The notes: generated by a model not told the origin, from the sequence alone. 52,790 nt of DNA from a virus (IMGVR_UViG_3300049846_001564:1-52790); one strand, 5' to 3'. Positions 20,392 through 29,731 are shown, numbered from the stretch's first letter. Translations and numbers: made by a program.

Positions 20392-20900
20392 TATTTTTCT
20401 GATTTATAAACATAATTAATTTTTTCCACCGGGCCGGATGTACTAGAGGTGCGTGGCATTTGTTCCTTATCTTCTTTCGGGACTTCCGAAATTGTCAATT
20501 TACTAATATCTTTTTCAGCAAACAATTCACTCATCGTAGGCTCAGGACAAATATATTCAGCCCCATTTTCTCCATCTTCCAATACTTCGCAGTAATTTAA
20601 CCCAAAGTATTTAGTCAATTCTTCAGCTATCATTTCACAACTCATAGTATTGAAATAAAAGCACTCGGCATTCTCCGCATAATATCTTCTGGTTAGATAG
20701 CTATGTATAGCACGTTTAAACATAATTATTTCAACATCCCTATCAGTATGCGCTACTTTCTTTTTAGCGGTAATGTGAAATGTATGTCGATGCGGTGCTG
20801 ATAGAAAATGTACCTTTTCTAATCCAGGATGATCTAATACTCCGGGCCAACTATGTATGCCCTCTATTTGTAATTTAATTACTATGTTTGTCGTATTCAT
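20391..20900 (-). CDS. QueD-paralogue T-fold protein, DpdL-like (putative CDG decarboxylase)
   Basis: EGIH..LSAPHRHTF (LxxxHRHxF), SCEMIA, EDGENG; coupled to dpdA. Confidence 0.55.
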   Translation of the reverse strand: MNTTNIVIKLQIEGIHSWPGVLDHPGLEKVHFLSAPHRHTFHITAKKKVAHTDRDVEIIMFKRAIHSYLTRRYYAENAECFYFNTMSCEMIAEELTKYFGLNYCEVLEDGENGAEYICPEPTMSELFAEKDISKLTISEVPKEDKEQMPRTSSTSGPVEKINYVYKSEK

Positions 20901-21990
20901 GTTTTAATTCAAATATATTTTCTAAAAATTTATTGGCTGAAAAATAATTCTTTTCTAGAAATTTTTCAGTATCTTTCCATTCTATACTATTAATAATATG
21001 GTCGTAATTATTAATATAAGACTGTATCAATTTAATAATTTCTTCCTTATTTTCCAAATATTTTTGATAATTTATTGTCCAATCACTATTATAGCACATA
21101 CCACTAAACATTTCATGGTAACTTAATCTATCTGGAACCATTGGTATTGCTCCTGCTAATAATCCTTCCATCATACTAATACCTAATGTTTCTTGTAAAT
21201 TAGCTGAAAATACTATCTTAGCTTCACCTAAGAGCTCATGATACTGATCTTTAGTTAGTCTTCGTTCTTGACATACCACCCATTCATATTCCGGTAAAGA
21301 TAAAGCTAAATCCTTAAATATTTCTATTTGTTTTTCAGGGGCAACTCTATGCGGAAACAAAATTAAATCTCGTTTTTTAGCTTCTTTATATGGACTTAAT
21401 AAACTAGGTAGATATTCAAAAGGCAATCCCGTTCTAACTATTTTATCATAATATTCCTTAGCATCATCATTCTTTAATATCACATTTTTAAAAATATCAA
21501 TATGATATTCAGATGCAAAATAGTTTTTATCACAGGCATAAAATATTGAACGTTCAAAATTATAACTCCAGGTTTTATTCTTTATTCGTCTACCTAAAAA
21601 ATCATTTTCATCATATGACCCGGCGTGCCATATAGCATGAATTTTAAAATCTAAAAATAATAAATCGCTAATATACTTACATTGAATTATACCGGGATGC
21701 CATGCATCCGGAAATATTAATGTAGCTCCAGGTAAAATAGTTTCATCGGAAACCATTTCTATCAATTTATTTATTTGAGTATTTTTATAAATGTTAGTAT
21801 TTTTAAAATCCAAAAATGCCCCATCGGTAGTTTGATTCGGTATACTTTCTCCGCCTACTACTACTACTTCCGTATCGACTATTTCATTATTGATGATGAA
21901 ATCACTCATCAATTTAGGTAAATGCCAATACCATTGACCGGTGTACCTAGTATCAATAGGTTCCAATGGTAATATAACTAGTTGTTTCAT
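20875..21990 (-). CDS. GT4-like glycosyltransferase
   Basis: HRVAPEKQ, QETLGISMMEG, PDRLSY. Confidence 0.75.
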   Translation of the reverse strand: MKQLVILPLEPIDTRYTGQWYWHLPKLMSDFIINNEIVDTEVVVVGGESIPNQTTDGAFLDFKNTNIYKNTQINKLIEMVSDETILPGATLIFPDAWHPGIIQCKYISDLLFLDFKIHAIWHAGSYDENDFLGRRIKNKTWSYNFERSIFYACDKNYFASEYHIDIFKNVILKNDDAKEYYDKIVRTGLPFEYLPSLLSPYKEAKKRDLILFPHRVAPEKQIEIFKDLALSLPEYEWVVCQERRLTKDQYHELLGEAKIVFSANLQETLGISMMEGLLAGAIPMVPDRLSYHEMFSGMCYNSDWTINYQKYLENKEEIIKLIQSYINNYDHIINSIEWKDTEKFLEKNYFSANKFLENIFELKHEYDKHSN

Positions 21991-21991
21991 A

Positions 21992-22588
21992 TCAATTACA
22001 TAAATCTAATTTCTTAAATGCAGCCACCAAATCATCTATTTTAGAAACCACTACATTATTACAATTTCCAGTTACTAAACATAAATTAAATGTGCCTCTA
22101 TTGCTTCCACCTATTTGTATAGCAAATATATCTATTTGAGATAATATATTATTTGTTTCTATATAATCCAATAAATACTGTATATCAGTTATGTCTCCGT
22201 CAGATAACATAATGATTATATTATATTTTGCTGGATCTGCATTTGCTAATTGATATACCGCATCCTCTGTTGCATTTAAAGCAAATGTGCCGCAACAAAC
22301 TTCCATTAATGACAATTTGTATATAGCAGTTATTATTGAATCTTTATTTTCACTAAGCGGTACTAAGTTAGCGGTAATTGAATTAAACATAGTAATACCT
22401 ATGCGTACCCTATCCTTTCCTATTACCATATTAGACACAAAATCATAAACAGCGGACGCTAAAATAGGTTCATTCCCAGCTTCGCTGTCTGACATATCTA
22501 CTAATAAAATGATATTAGCATTTAGACACCCTTGTGCTTTCACCTGGCTACCTAAAAATAAAAATAATATAATGATTATATACTTCAT
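21992..22588 (-). CDS. secreted vWA-domain protein
   Basis: N-terminal signal peptide; MIDAS DMSDS, T, LSDG. Confidence 0.75.
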   Translation of the reverse strand: MKYIIIILFLFLGSQVKAQGCLNANIILLVDMSDSEAGNEPILASAVYDFVSNMVIGKDRVRIGITMFNSITANLVPLSENKDSIITAIYKLSLMEVCCGTFALNATEDAVYQLANADPAKYNIIIMLSDGDITDIQYLLDYIETNNILSQIDIFAIQIGGSNRGTFNLCLVTGNCNNVVVSKIDDLVAAFKKLDLCN

Positions 22589-23559
22589 TAAAACTTTAAA
22601 TAACCACGTAAATACCCCGGTATTCGAGAACTACCATCATCAAAAGCCTTTTTAACTTGGGCCATGTCATGTCTGTCATAACCGGCGGACCATATTTTAT
22701 TTACTATTCCTAAGCTATCAGTCTCAATTAAGTCGCGAGCCATTACCATGGCCGCATTAAAACTAGAATTTCTAGGTGAAGGAAATATTAAAGTATGGCA
22801 ATTCCAACATGTATCAAAGAAATTAGTAGTAACCGGAGTAAATGGAGTTGCTGCATAACAAACCAGTGCTTCCAAATCAGCTAATTTTTTTGATATTATA
22901 TCAAACATTTCTGATTTACTAGTTAAATCAATAACTATATTATACTTTTTACCGGATGCTAATATTTCATCTAATGAATGTAATTCATATCCCATCCATT
23001 CCCATAGGTCCTTATTACTGTTTCCTACTACTATTAACTTCTTTGTAAATGTTTTACAATATGATCCTATAACCAAACTCATAAATCCTGAACCTAATAA
23101 CAATATAGGTTCATCCTGACTAAATCCCATTACATATGAAGTAACTTCAGTATTCTGGAATATATTTAAAGCACACGCTACAGGTTGTAAAATATATTTA
23201 TGATGTAATTCCGGTATTACTACGAATTCGTTTTCCTTTGCGTAATAATATTCAGCATACCCTGGGTCACTCCAAGTGGAAACGAAATCTCCTACATTTA
23301 CTTTTCCGCGTAGCCCCGGTCCTACTTCTACGACAGTACCTATAGCTTCATGTCCCCATGTACCTATCTTACCATTAGGATGAAATTCATCACTGTATGG
23401 CATTTTTTCTGCACCCGTATAATTTCCTATATCACTTCTACACACACCGCAGTATGCAGTTTTAATTTTAATTTGGTCAAATCCAATAGCTGGCATTTCC
23501 CAATCTACTTCGGACACGTTCCCAGCACCGAAGCAATGTAATGTTTTTACTATTCCCAT
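22588..23559 (-). CDS. zinc-dependent medium-chain dehydrogenase/reductase
   Basis: CGVCRSD, GHEAIG, VGD, LGSGFM. Confidence 0.85.
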   Translation of the reverse strand: MGIVKTLHCFGAGNVSEVDWEMPAIGFDQIKIKTAYCGVCRSDIGNYTGAEKMPYSDEFHPNGKIGTWGHEAIGTVVEVGPGLRGKVNVGDFVSTWSDPGYAEYYYAKENEFVVIPELHHKYILQPVACALNIFQNTEVTSYVMGFSQDEPILLLGSGFMSLVIGSYCKTFTKKLIVVGNSNKDLWEWMGYELHSLDEILASGKKYNIVIDLTSKSEMFDIISKKLADLEALVCYAATPFTPVTTNFFDTCWNCHTLIFPSPRNSSFNAAMVMARDLIETDSLGIVNKIWSAGYDRHDMAQVKKAFDDGSSRIPGYLRGYLKF

Positions 23560-24464
23560 TATTCAATTATTTTATGAATCCATGTATCAATAACTACGTG
23601 TTTTTGATATTCATCATTAGTACTATCAAAAATATCATTTATCATCTTAAGATAATATTTTTCCGGACAAAAACCATATTCGAAAAATACTTTCGAACCA
23701 TTTGTAAATTCTATTTCCGCTCCTACCTTAGGTGCAGGTAATTCAGATTTCCATTGAGCAACAAATTCTACCTGGATAGGTTTATTTAATATATACGCAG
23801 TCCATTGTGCTTTCGAACTATCATCTACATCATATATCGGATTAACCGTACTAATAACACCATACGTAGTAGTTTGCACGTCTTTCAGTGAATACCGTTG
23901 TTCATTATTTAATTTTATATTTTTAGGTAACAAATCAAATATATTAGCATATATACTCAATAAATGTGGCATTAAATCTCTACTAACCCCGCCCCATGAT
24001 AATTTTTTAGTCGTAAACCATGATCCTGGATTCGGTACTCTATTTACATTTATCCAATTAAAAGTTATTTTATCAATATTTTCAGCTTGGTCTCGCACTA
24101 AATCACGAATTTGTTTGTTCATTTCCCGATAGTAATTATTTTTTACCATCATAATTCGTCTTTCCGGATATTTAGTAACATAATGTTGCCAGCTTTCGGA
24201 TTTTTCCAACCCCGGTTTCTCTACTAAAATATTAGTTCCGATACCTAATTCTAAAAGATCGCGAAGCCATTGCTCATGTAAATAATTTGGGCAACATATA
24301 ATTGCTAAATCAAATTTGACAAAAACAATATCCGATAACTCTTTATATGTTGATGGTATTTCCGGATTTGGGTCGAGAGTGTATACTTCAAACTTATTCC
24401 GTACTAATAATTCAGCATACATTTTACCAATGCCTCCCTGGCCTATAATTAAAACTCTTTTCAT
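23559..24464 (-). CDS. Gfo/Idh/MocA oxidoreductase
   Basis: GQGGIG, CPNYLH, LVEKP, GGVSRDLMPH. Confidence 0.85.
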   Translation of the reverse strand: MKRVLIIGQGGIGKMYAELLVRNKFEVYTLDPNPEIPSTYKELSDIVFVKFDLAIICCPNYLHEQWLRDLLELGIGTNILVEKPGLEKSESWQHYVTKYPERRIMMVKNNYYREMNKQIRDLVRDQAENIDKITFNWINVNRVPNPGSWFTTKKLSWGGVSRDLMPHLLSIYANIFDLLPKNIKLNNEQRYSLKDVQTTTYGVISTVNPIYDVDDSSKAQWTAYILNKPIQVEFVAQWKSELPAPKVGAEIEFTNGSKVFFEYGFCPEKYYLKMINDIFDSTNDEYQKHVVIDTWIHKIIE

Positions 24465-24465
24465 A

Positions 24466-26997
24466 TTAACTAAATTGAAAGAAATTATTTGATGCTTTCG
24501 TATTTAAAGAAGGTAAATGCCCCCAACCCAACGCTTCATAAAAGTCTTGTAATTTATTTTGCAAATTAGATTCATAATTGCGAGTGTAATCAATATTCTG
24601 CTCAATAAACTTCATAATCTCAGGTGGGTCTGAATATCCTTTAAACGCAATTGCATCTAAATTAAATGTATTATTCTTTAAGTAAACCCATTTTATTTTT
24701 TCGCCACTACGTATGCCTTGAACTTTATTTGCCAACCCATATAATTCTAAAAAGAAGTTATACCCCAATGCCGCCTTTATATGTGCCGGGGTGCCTTTTT
24801 TAAATGCAATTCCTTTACAAACCCATTCATCTAAATTTTTAGCTGATGTAGGCTTAGCTAATTCAGCTAATGAATATGATTTTATATTTTCTTGTAGAGA
24901 TACTATTTTCAAATCAATTGACTCCTGAGATTTAAATTTCAGGATATCACTCAATACATCTTTCATAAATTCTCTAAATAATTTAGGAAAATTACTTCTG
25001 ACAACGTCCAATCCTTTTACTACAATTTTATCTGCGGGTACGTCTTTTTCTAAATCATATATTTTATGATATGCATATCTCTTTTTGGCTAACCAAAAGC
25101 CGGACCTAATTGCGGCTTCTTCCTTAAATACCAACCTATTATTCTTAGAATACAAATGCCTTTCAGCAAATATACTTAAATTAGTATTGATAAAATTACA
25201 TAATTGTTTAGATATATGTTTTACTTGTTCAACTTCCGTACCATCCTTCTTTATGAAATCGGATAACACAAAATAGTTAGAATCCGTATCACTATAAATA
25301 CAATAGTCCGGATTCTTAATACCGTATTTTTTAAGATCTGTAGTTAAATTTTCTTTTATCCATTTATTGCCCATTAAGTCTGCAAACATCAATACGTCCT
25401 GCCCTGTTAGAGTAACTGCTTCAGCATTATCTAAATCGAAAAATCTAAATGATTCTAGTCCCAATACTCCATACATAGAATTCAAAAGAATTTTAGTTAC
25501 ATATTGTAATGTGTCAAAATAATTTTCTTTTTCTTTATCACCTAGATGCGCATATTTAGTCATCAATGATTTATATTCCGTTCTTTCGGCAAACCATTTT
25601 TCTAGAATAGCAGGAATCAATCCTTTATTTTTAGATTCATAAATAGCTCCATTACCGGCAATAGTATATTGGTGTGTATGTAAAAACTTTTCTAAGTCTT
25701 CTTTAGTTCTAATAATTTCCTTTTTACCATTCTTGTATTCAAGCATCATGGTTTCAGGAGTTTTATTTTCCTTAAACTTAGACATCATATTGTTACTAGA
25801 CCACCCATGTAATTTACCTATTTTAGTTTCAGGTGAAATATTTAACGTCATAATATTAGATGGGTACAGACTAGTAGCGTCAATACAATTTAACCATTCA
25901 TATCTCCCAGGTATTGGTGGCTTCACATATGCCCCGGCAAATTTACCTTCATCAGAATCTTCATCTGTTTCTATTCGTTTAGGTTTATTAGGCGCTACAA
26001 TTTCTAGTTGTTTCATATAAGTCAATATCGCTCCTTCCAAATACCGTGATGAAGTAAATATTGCATTATATGGGACGTGGCCCTTATGACAAATCTTTCT
26101 AGTTAATTCTATAAAATCCAGCTTTTCATCTAAATCCCTAACCAACAAAACGTCATTTAAGTTATATTCAATAAACTTTTTAATATCATTCTTATATAAA
26201 TCTTGTAGAGACCCTTCATATTCTGTCTTACCGCGCCCTATTTCTTTTTTACTGATAGCATCTAATGTATAGGATGGCTCTTCACCAATTGAAAACTTTT
26301 TATATAATGCCAAATAATCTAAACAAGTTATCCCGGCAATGGTTAAAATCTTAGATTTACTTTGCTCAACCACGCCTATAGGACTCATCTGCTTACCTAT
26401 CTTTTTGCCCAATACCTTAGATATACGATTGTATAGATATGGTATATCGAAGAAATCTATATTCCATCCCGTTACAATTTGTGGCTCATTTTGCTGCCAC
26501 CATTCTATAAATGAATTTAATAAATCTTCTTCATGTTTAAACGCCATTAAATGCGTCTTAGAATTAGAACTGTCTCGTATTGTTTTGTGCGTATCTAAAA
26601 TAAAAACGAATTCTTCCTTAGTGTCCTTAGTATAAATGGAAATAGCCGTAATAGCATTATCGGCTTTGTCAACATCAGGAAATGAATCAGTTACATCTAC
26701 TTCTATATCTAAAAAAATAACTCTAGGAACATATGACGGTTCATCAGAATCTGAATATCTGTCTATTAATGTACGAAGCTCCGGATTTAAATCCGATTCA
26801 TATAATACACCGCGTGCTTCATCTTCCTTATCCCACGAATAAATCTTATTAACACGCTTGCCATCTAATGCAACAAACTTACCGTTGGTTGATTTAATAT
26901 AGCAATATTTTTTATATGGAAATTCAGAATAACCTGTCCTATCATCCCAAAGAGCAATTGAATTTGAAGCTCTATTGTAATGAATATTTATATACAT
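24466..26997 (-). CDS. family B DNA polymerase
   Basis: DIE and GWNIDFFD exonuclease motifs; DATSLYPS, KILLNSMYG, YSDTDS. Confidence 0.97.
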   Translation of the reverse strand: MYINIHYNRASNSIALWDDRTGYSEFPYKKYCYIKSTNGKFVALDGKRVNKIYSWDKEDEARGVLYESDLNPELRTLIDRYSDSDEPSYVPRVIFLDIEVDVTDSFPDVDKADNAITAISIYTKDTKEEFVFILDTHKTIRDSSNSKTHLMAFKHEEDLLNSFIEWWQQNEPQIVTGWNIDFFDIPYLYNRISKVLGKKIGKQMSPIGVVEQSKSKILTIAGITCLDYLALYKKFSIGEEPSYTLDAISKKEIGRGKTEYEGSLQDLYKNDIKKFIEYNLNDVLLVRDLDEKLDFIELTRKICHKGHVPYNAIFTSSRYLEGAILTYMKQLEIVAPNKPKRIETDEDSDEGKFAGAYVKPPIPGRYEWLNCIDATSLYPSNIMTLNISPETKIGKLHGWSSNNMMSKFKENKTPETMMLEYKNGKKEIIRTKEDLEKFLHTHQYTIAGNGAIYESKNKGLIPAILEKWFAERTEYKSLMTKYAHLGDKEKENYFDTLQYVTKILLNSMYGVLGLESFRFFDLDNAEAVTLTGQDVLMFADLMGNKWIKENLTTDLKKYGIKNPDYCIYSDTDSNYFVLSDFIKKDGTEVEQVKHISKQLCNFINTNLSIFAERHLYSKNNRLVFKEEAAIRSGFWLAKKRYAYHKIYDLEKDVPADKIVVKGLDVVRSNFPKLFREFMKDVLSDILKFKSQESIDLKIVSLQENIKSYSLAELAKPTSAKNLDEWVCKGIAFKKGTPAHIKAALGYNFFLELYGLANKVQGIRSGEKIKWVYLKNNTFNLDAIAFKGYSDPPEIMKFIEQNIDYTRNYESNLQNKLQDFYEALGWGHLPSLNTKASNNFFQFS

Positions 26998-26998
26998 A

Positions 26999-27592
26999 TT
27001 ATTTTAATCGATTAACGAAATTATAAAACTCTTCTCTTACTTTATCTTCTTCTAAAAACCCACCTGACAATTTACTGGTCATCATGGTACTGTCATGCTT
27101 TACTCCACGAACACAAGCACAAAGGTGATTTGCTTCAATCATTACTGCAACACCCTTATTTCCTTCACATACTTCATCAATGAAATTATGTATTTCCATA
27201 GTTAAATTTTCTTGAACCTGCGGTCTGCGAGCAAAATGTTCTACAATTCTATTCAACTTACTCAACCCTACTACTTTACCATCGGGGCTAGGTATATAAG
27301 CTACGTATGCTTTACCTATAAAAGATAAATGATGGTGCGCGCATAAGCTATTCAATTCAATATCACCCTGGAAAACCATTCCATCATATCCATTATCATT
27401 AGGAAATGCCTTTATGTCAGGTGATTTAGTATATAACCCAGTAACCAAATCATTTACAAAACTCTTTGCCACTCGCATTGGGGTGTCTATTGAATGTGGA
27501 TTTGAATCCGGATCCATGCCTAAAGCAATCATAAATTTTTTATAATGCTTCGCGGCTTCGTCTATCATTATTTGTTTCTCTTTTTGTTTCAT
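26999..27592 (-). CDS. folE: GTP cyclohydrolase I
   Basis: TPMRVAK, CAHH, GLSKLNR, RRPQVQE, HLCACVRG. Confidence 0.95.
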   Translation of the reverse strand: MKQKEKQIMIDEAAKHYKKFMIALGMDPDSNPHSIDTPMRVAKSFVNDLVTGLYTKSPDIKAFPNDNGYDGMVFQGDIELNSLCAHHHLSFIGKAYVAYIPSPDGKVVGLSKLNRIVEHFARRPQVQENLTMEIHNFIDEVCEGNKGVAVMIEANHLCACVRGVKHDSTMMTSKLSGGFLEEDKVREEFYNFVNRLK

Positions 27593-27607
27593 ACACTAAA
27601 TATATGA

Positions 27608-28057
27608 TTATTTCCCGGTACTACCAAATCCACCGGTACCTCTTTCTGAATGTGATAATTCGTCCACCTGTCTAAACACAATAGTTGGACGTTGCTGAAT
27701 AATTATTTGGACTATTTTGTTACCAACTTCATACTTCTTAGATTCATATCCATTAGTCTTTTTAAAGGTAAACATTAATTCACCACGATACCCATGGTCA
27801 ATAACCGCAACACTATTTGCAAGTACTAATTCCTTTCCTCTTATTGATGATCTAGGATAGACAAATCCGACATAGCCATATGGAATTTCCATAGCTATTC
27901 CGGTTCCATATGTTACTGAATCTATCTTATCATCTAACATACTGGTAGCTACTATATCCATACCACCATCTCCATGTGTAGCATACACAGGTATTTCTGC
28001 AAATGGATCTAATAGTTTAATATTTACCCACGTGACTGGTTCTAACATAGTGTCCAT
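27608..28057 (-). CDS. dut: trimeric dUTPase
   Basis: GMD, PRSS, VIDHGYRGE, RGTGGFGSTG. Confidence 0.95.
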   Translation of the reverse strand: MDTMLEPVTWVNIKLLDPFAEIPVYATHGDGGMDIVATSMLDDKIDSVTYGTGIAMEIPYGYVGFVYPRSSIRGKELVLANSVAVIDHGYRGELMFTFKKTNGYESKKYEVGNKIVQIIIQQRPTIVFRQVDELSHSERGTGGFGSTGK

Positions 28058-28063
28058 AATAAT

Positions 28064-28249
28064 TTAATTTTTATTTAATTCTTCGTCAATAAAAAAATAA
28101 AAAGCTGATTTAGTAAAATCCTTTTTGATTTGAGGATACTTTTTTCCTAAGACATCATATATCTTAAACGCCAAATCAGGTGCAATATCGTAATTCGATT
28201 CCTTTATTGAATTCGATTCCTTTATTTGTTTTCCTTTCTTAGAACTCAT
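28064..28249 (-). CDS. hypothetical protein
   Basis: Tightly packed ORF. Confidence 0.5.
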   Translation of the reverse strand: MSSKKGKQIKESNSIKESNYDIAPDLAFKIYDVLGKKYPQIKKDFTKSAFYFFIDEELNKN

Positions 28250-28250
28250 A

Positions 28251-28799
28251 TTAATTGTTTTTAGTTGATTGCATTAAATCCTTTACGTTTTCCTTACAAA
28301 AGCCATGGATGTCCCTGGTAATAAATTCATAAATAATACCTGTCAATTCAGATGGTTTAGTGAATACTTGGGAAAGTCCTGGACACGTTAATGGTTTGTC
28401 GGTAGTAAATTCTACATATCCCAATTTCTTTAGCTCATCCATCTTCCGCTCAACAGAATCTACTTGATATGCTATGTGATGAATTCCGCCTACACCACCT
28501 CTTTCTCTAACCCAAATGTCGACAATTGACCCGCGGCTACCATCAGATATGAAAATTTCCGGAGCTAAGTGGTAATTACAATACTCATCACCAAAGTATA
28601 TTTCAGTAGCCCATGGTTGAAATTCTGCTTTTATTTCGGGCGGTAATAAAACTAAACACTTAGCCCATGAACCATCTTCGAATTGAATATCGAACCCCTC
28701 AGGTAATTCTTCGGCTATCCTATAACCGAAAGCATCAATAAAAAAATTAGCTGACTTGAATCTGTCTTTTACTCTATACGCTATGTGATCTATTCTCAT
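28251..28799 (-). CDS. VOC-family metalloenzyme resembling the HPPD catalytic domain
   Basis: IDHIAY, GIHHIAY, SQVFT, YEFITR, GFCKENV. Confidence 0.75.
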   Translation of the reverse strand: MRIDHIAYRVKDRFKSANFFIDAFGYRIAEELPEGFDIQFEDGSWAKCLVLLPPEIKAEFQPWATEIYFGDEYCNYHLAPEIFISDGSRGSIVDIWVRERGGVGGIHHIAYQVDSVERKMDELKKLGYVEFTTDKPLTCPGLSQVFTKPSELTGIIYEFITRDIHGFCKENVKDLMQSTKNN

Positions 28800-28933
28800 T
28801 TATATGTATTCTGTCTTTTGTATTCTTTAATTTGTTCTTCCGTGTATTTAGGTGCTTTAGGATTTCGTTTCCTATATGCCGCTAACCATTCTTTGAAGCA
28901 CACTAGCGTTGCATTAATTGAATTCTTACTCAT
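28796..28933 (-). CDS. small basic hypothetical protein, 45 aa (not in ORF track)
   Basis: MSKNSINATLVCFKEWLAAY...; ATGA-type overlap with the VOC gene. Confidence 0.5.
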   Translation of the reverse strand: MSKNSINATLVCFKEWLAAYRKRNPKAPKYTEEQIKEYKRQNTYK

Positions 28934-28953
28934 TTTTTTTTATTTTTATCTAG

Positions 28954-29027
28954 TAGCCTATGAGGGATTCAAACCCTCAGCAGTCGATTTTAGAGATCGA
29001 TTCCGGTATCAGTCCGGATCATAGGCC
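28954..29027 (-). tRNA. amber suppressor tRNA (anticodon CUA)
   Basis: Acceptor GGCCTAT/ATAGGCT; anticodon arm TCGAT-CTCTAAA-ATCGA; T arm GAGGG-TTTGAAT-CCCTC. Confidence 0.85.
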
Positions 29028-29040
29028 ATATATGGGGACA

Positions 29041-29340
29041 TTACGTCCCCATTAATTTTAATTTACTTATCAACTTATCATCGGTTTGAAGCGCAATCGC
29101 TGTAACTTGATTATCGTAATCCGGCTCAATAAATTTTGAATATTTAATTCCTTTTAAATCTAACTTAAACATAAATTTATCAATATCATCTACACTTAAA
29201 TAGATTAAATATTGGTTATTCCAAGTCTGATTCGGATTTTCTAATAACCATTGTGCTAATGCGTGCCCACCTTGTACTCCCTGGTACGCTAATGATATAT
29301 CACTTCGCACTACTACGTATAACTTCTAATCGAGCTTCAT
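29041..29340 (-). CDS. Pth2-like peptidyl-tRNA hydrolase with an in-frame TAG at codon 5
   Basis: MKLD*KLYVVVRSD..VQGGHA..W..YL..EPD..TAIAL; the track's GTG start truncates the first beta-strand. Confidence 0.75.
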
Positions 29341-29599
29341 ATTGATTGGTTAATTGGTTAATAAACTCATTACTAAAAACTTCCTTATAATTGATATCTA
29401 TTTGTTCAGGCTTTTTACCTTTAAGAATCCCATATTCCATATAAAGCTTCCTTAATTCAGCTCTATTATTTTGGTGAGTTAAGTATGCTTTCCAAGGTTC
29501 CATTGTTCTTTCACCTTTTAATCGAACAGTACGTTTTTGGTTTCTTAACATAACTTGTTGATCGGCTAAAACTTTTATTTTTTCTTTTAAATTTTCCAT
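29300..29599 (-). CDS. hypothetical basic helical protein in the Pth2/suppressor operon
   Basis: 99-aa ORF overlapping the Pth2 5' end. Confidence 0.65.
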   Translation of the reverse strand: MENLKEKIKVLADQQVMLRNQKRTVRLKGERTMEPWKAYLTHQNNRAELRKLYMEYGILKGKKPEQIDINYKEVFSNEFINQLTNQYEARLEVIRSSAK

Positions 29600-29656
29600 G
29601 ATTATTTTATTTTTTGATTTTAAAATTTTTTATTAAACGTATTCCGGTTTAATAAA

Positions 29657-29692
29657 TCATGGTCCATCTCGAGATCTGTTCTACATTTTCAT
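29657..29692 (-). promoter_or_regulatory. putative leader peptide MKM*NRSRDGP* with internal amber codon
   Basis: ATG AAA ATG TAG AAC AGA TCT CGA GAT GGA CCA TGA; its 3' end is complementary to the downstream start codon. Confidence 0.6.
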
Positions 29693-29731
29693 AATGCTAT
29701 TCTTTACTATAAATATATATATGGTTTTTAT

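Noticed and set aside
28954-29027. Suppressor read as tRNA-Pyl or as tRNA-Arg(UCU)
   Set aside because: It lacks Pyl hallmarks (it has a 2-nt acceptor-D linker, a 5-nt variable loop and A73), and no pyl genes are present. The symmetric 7-nt loop CTCTAAA with U33 places CTA, not TCT, at 34-36.
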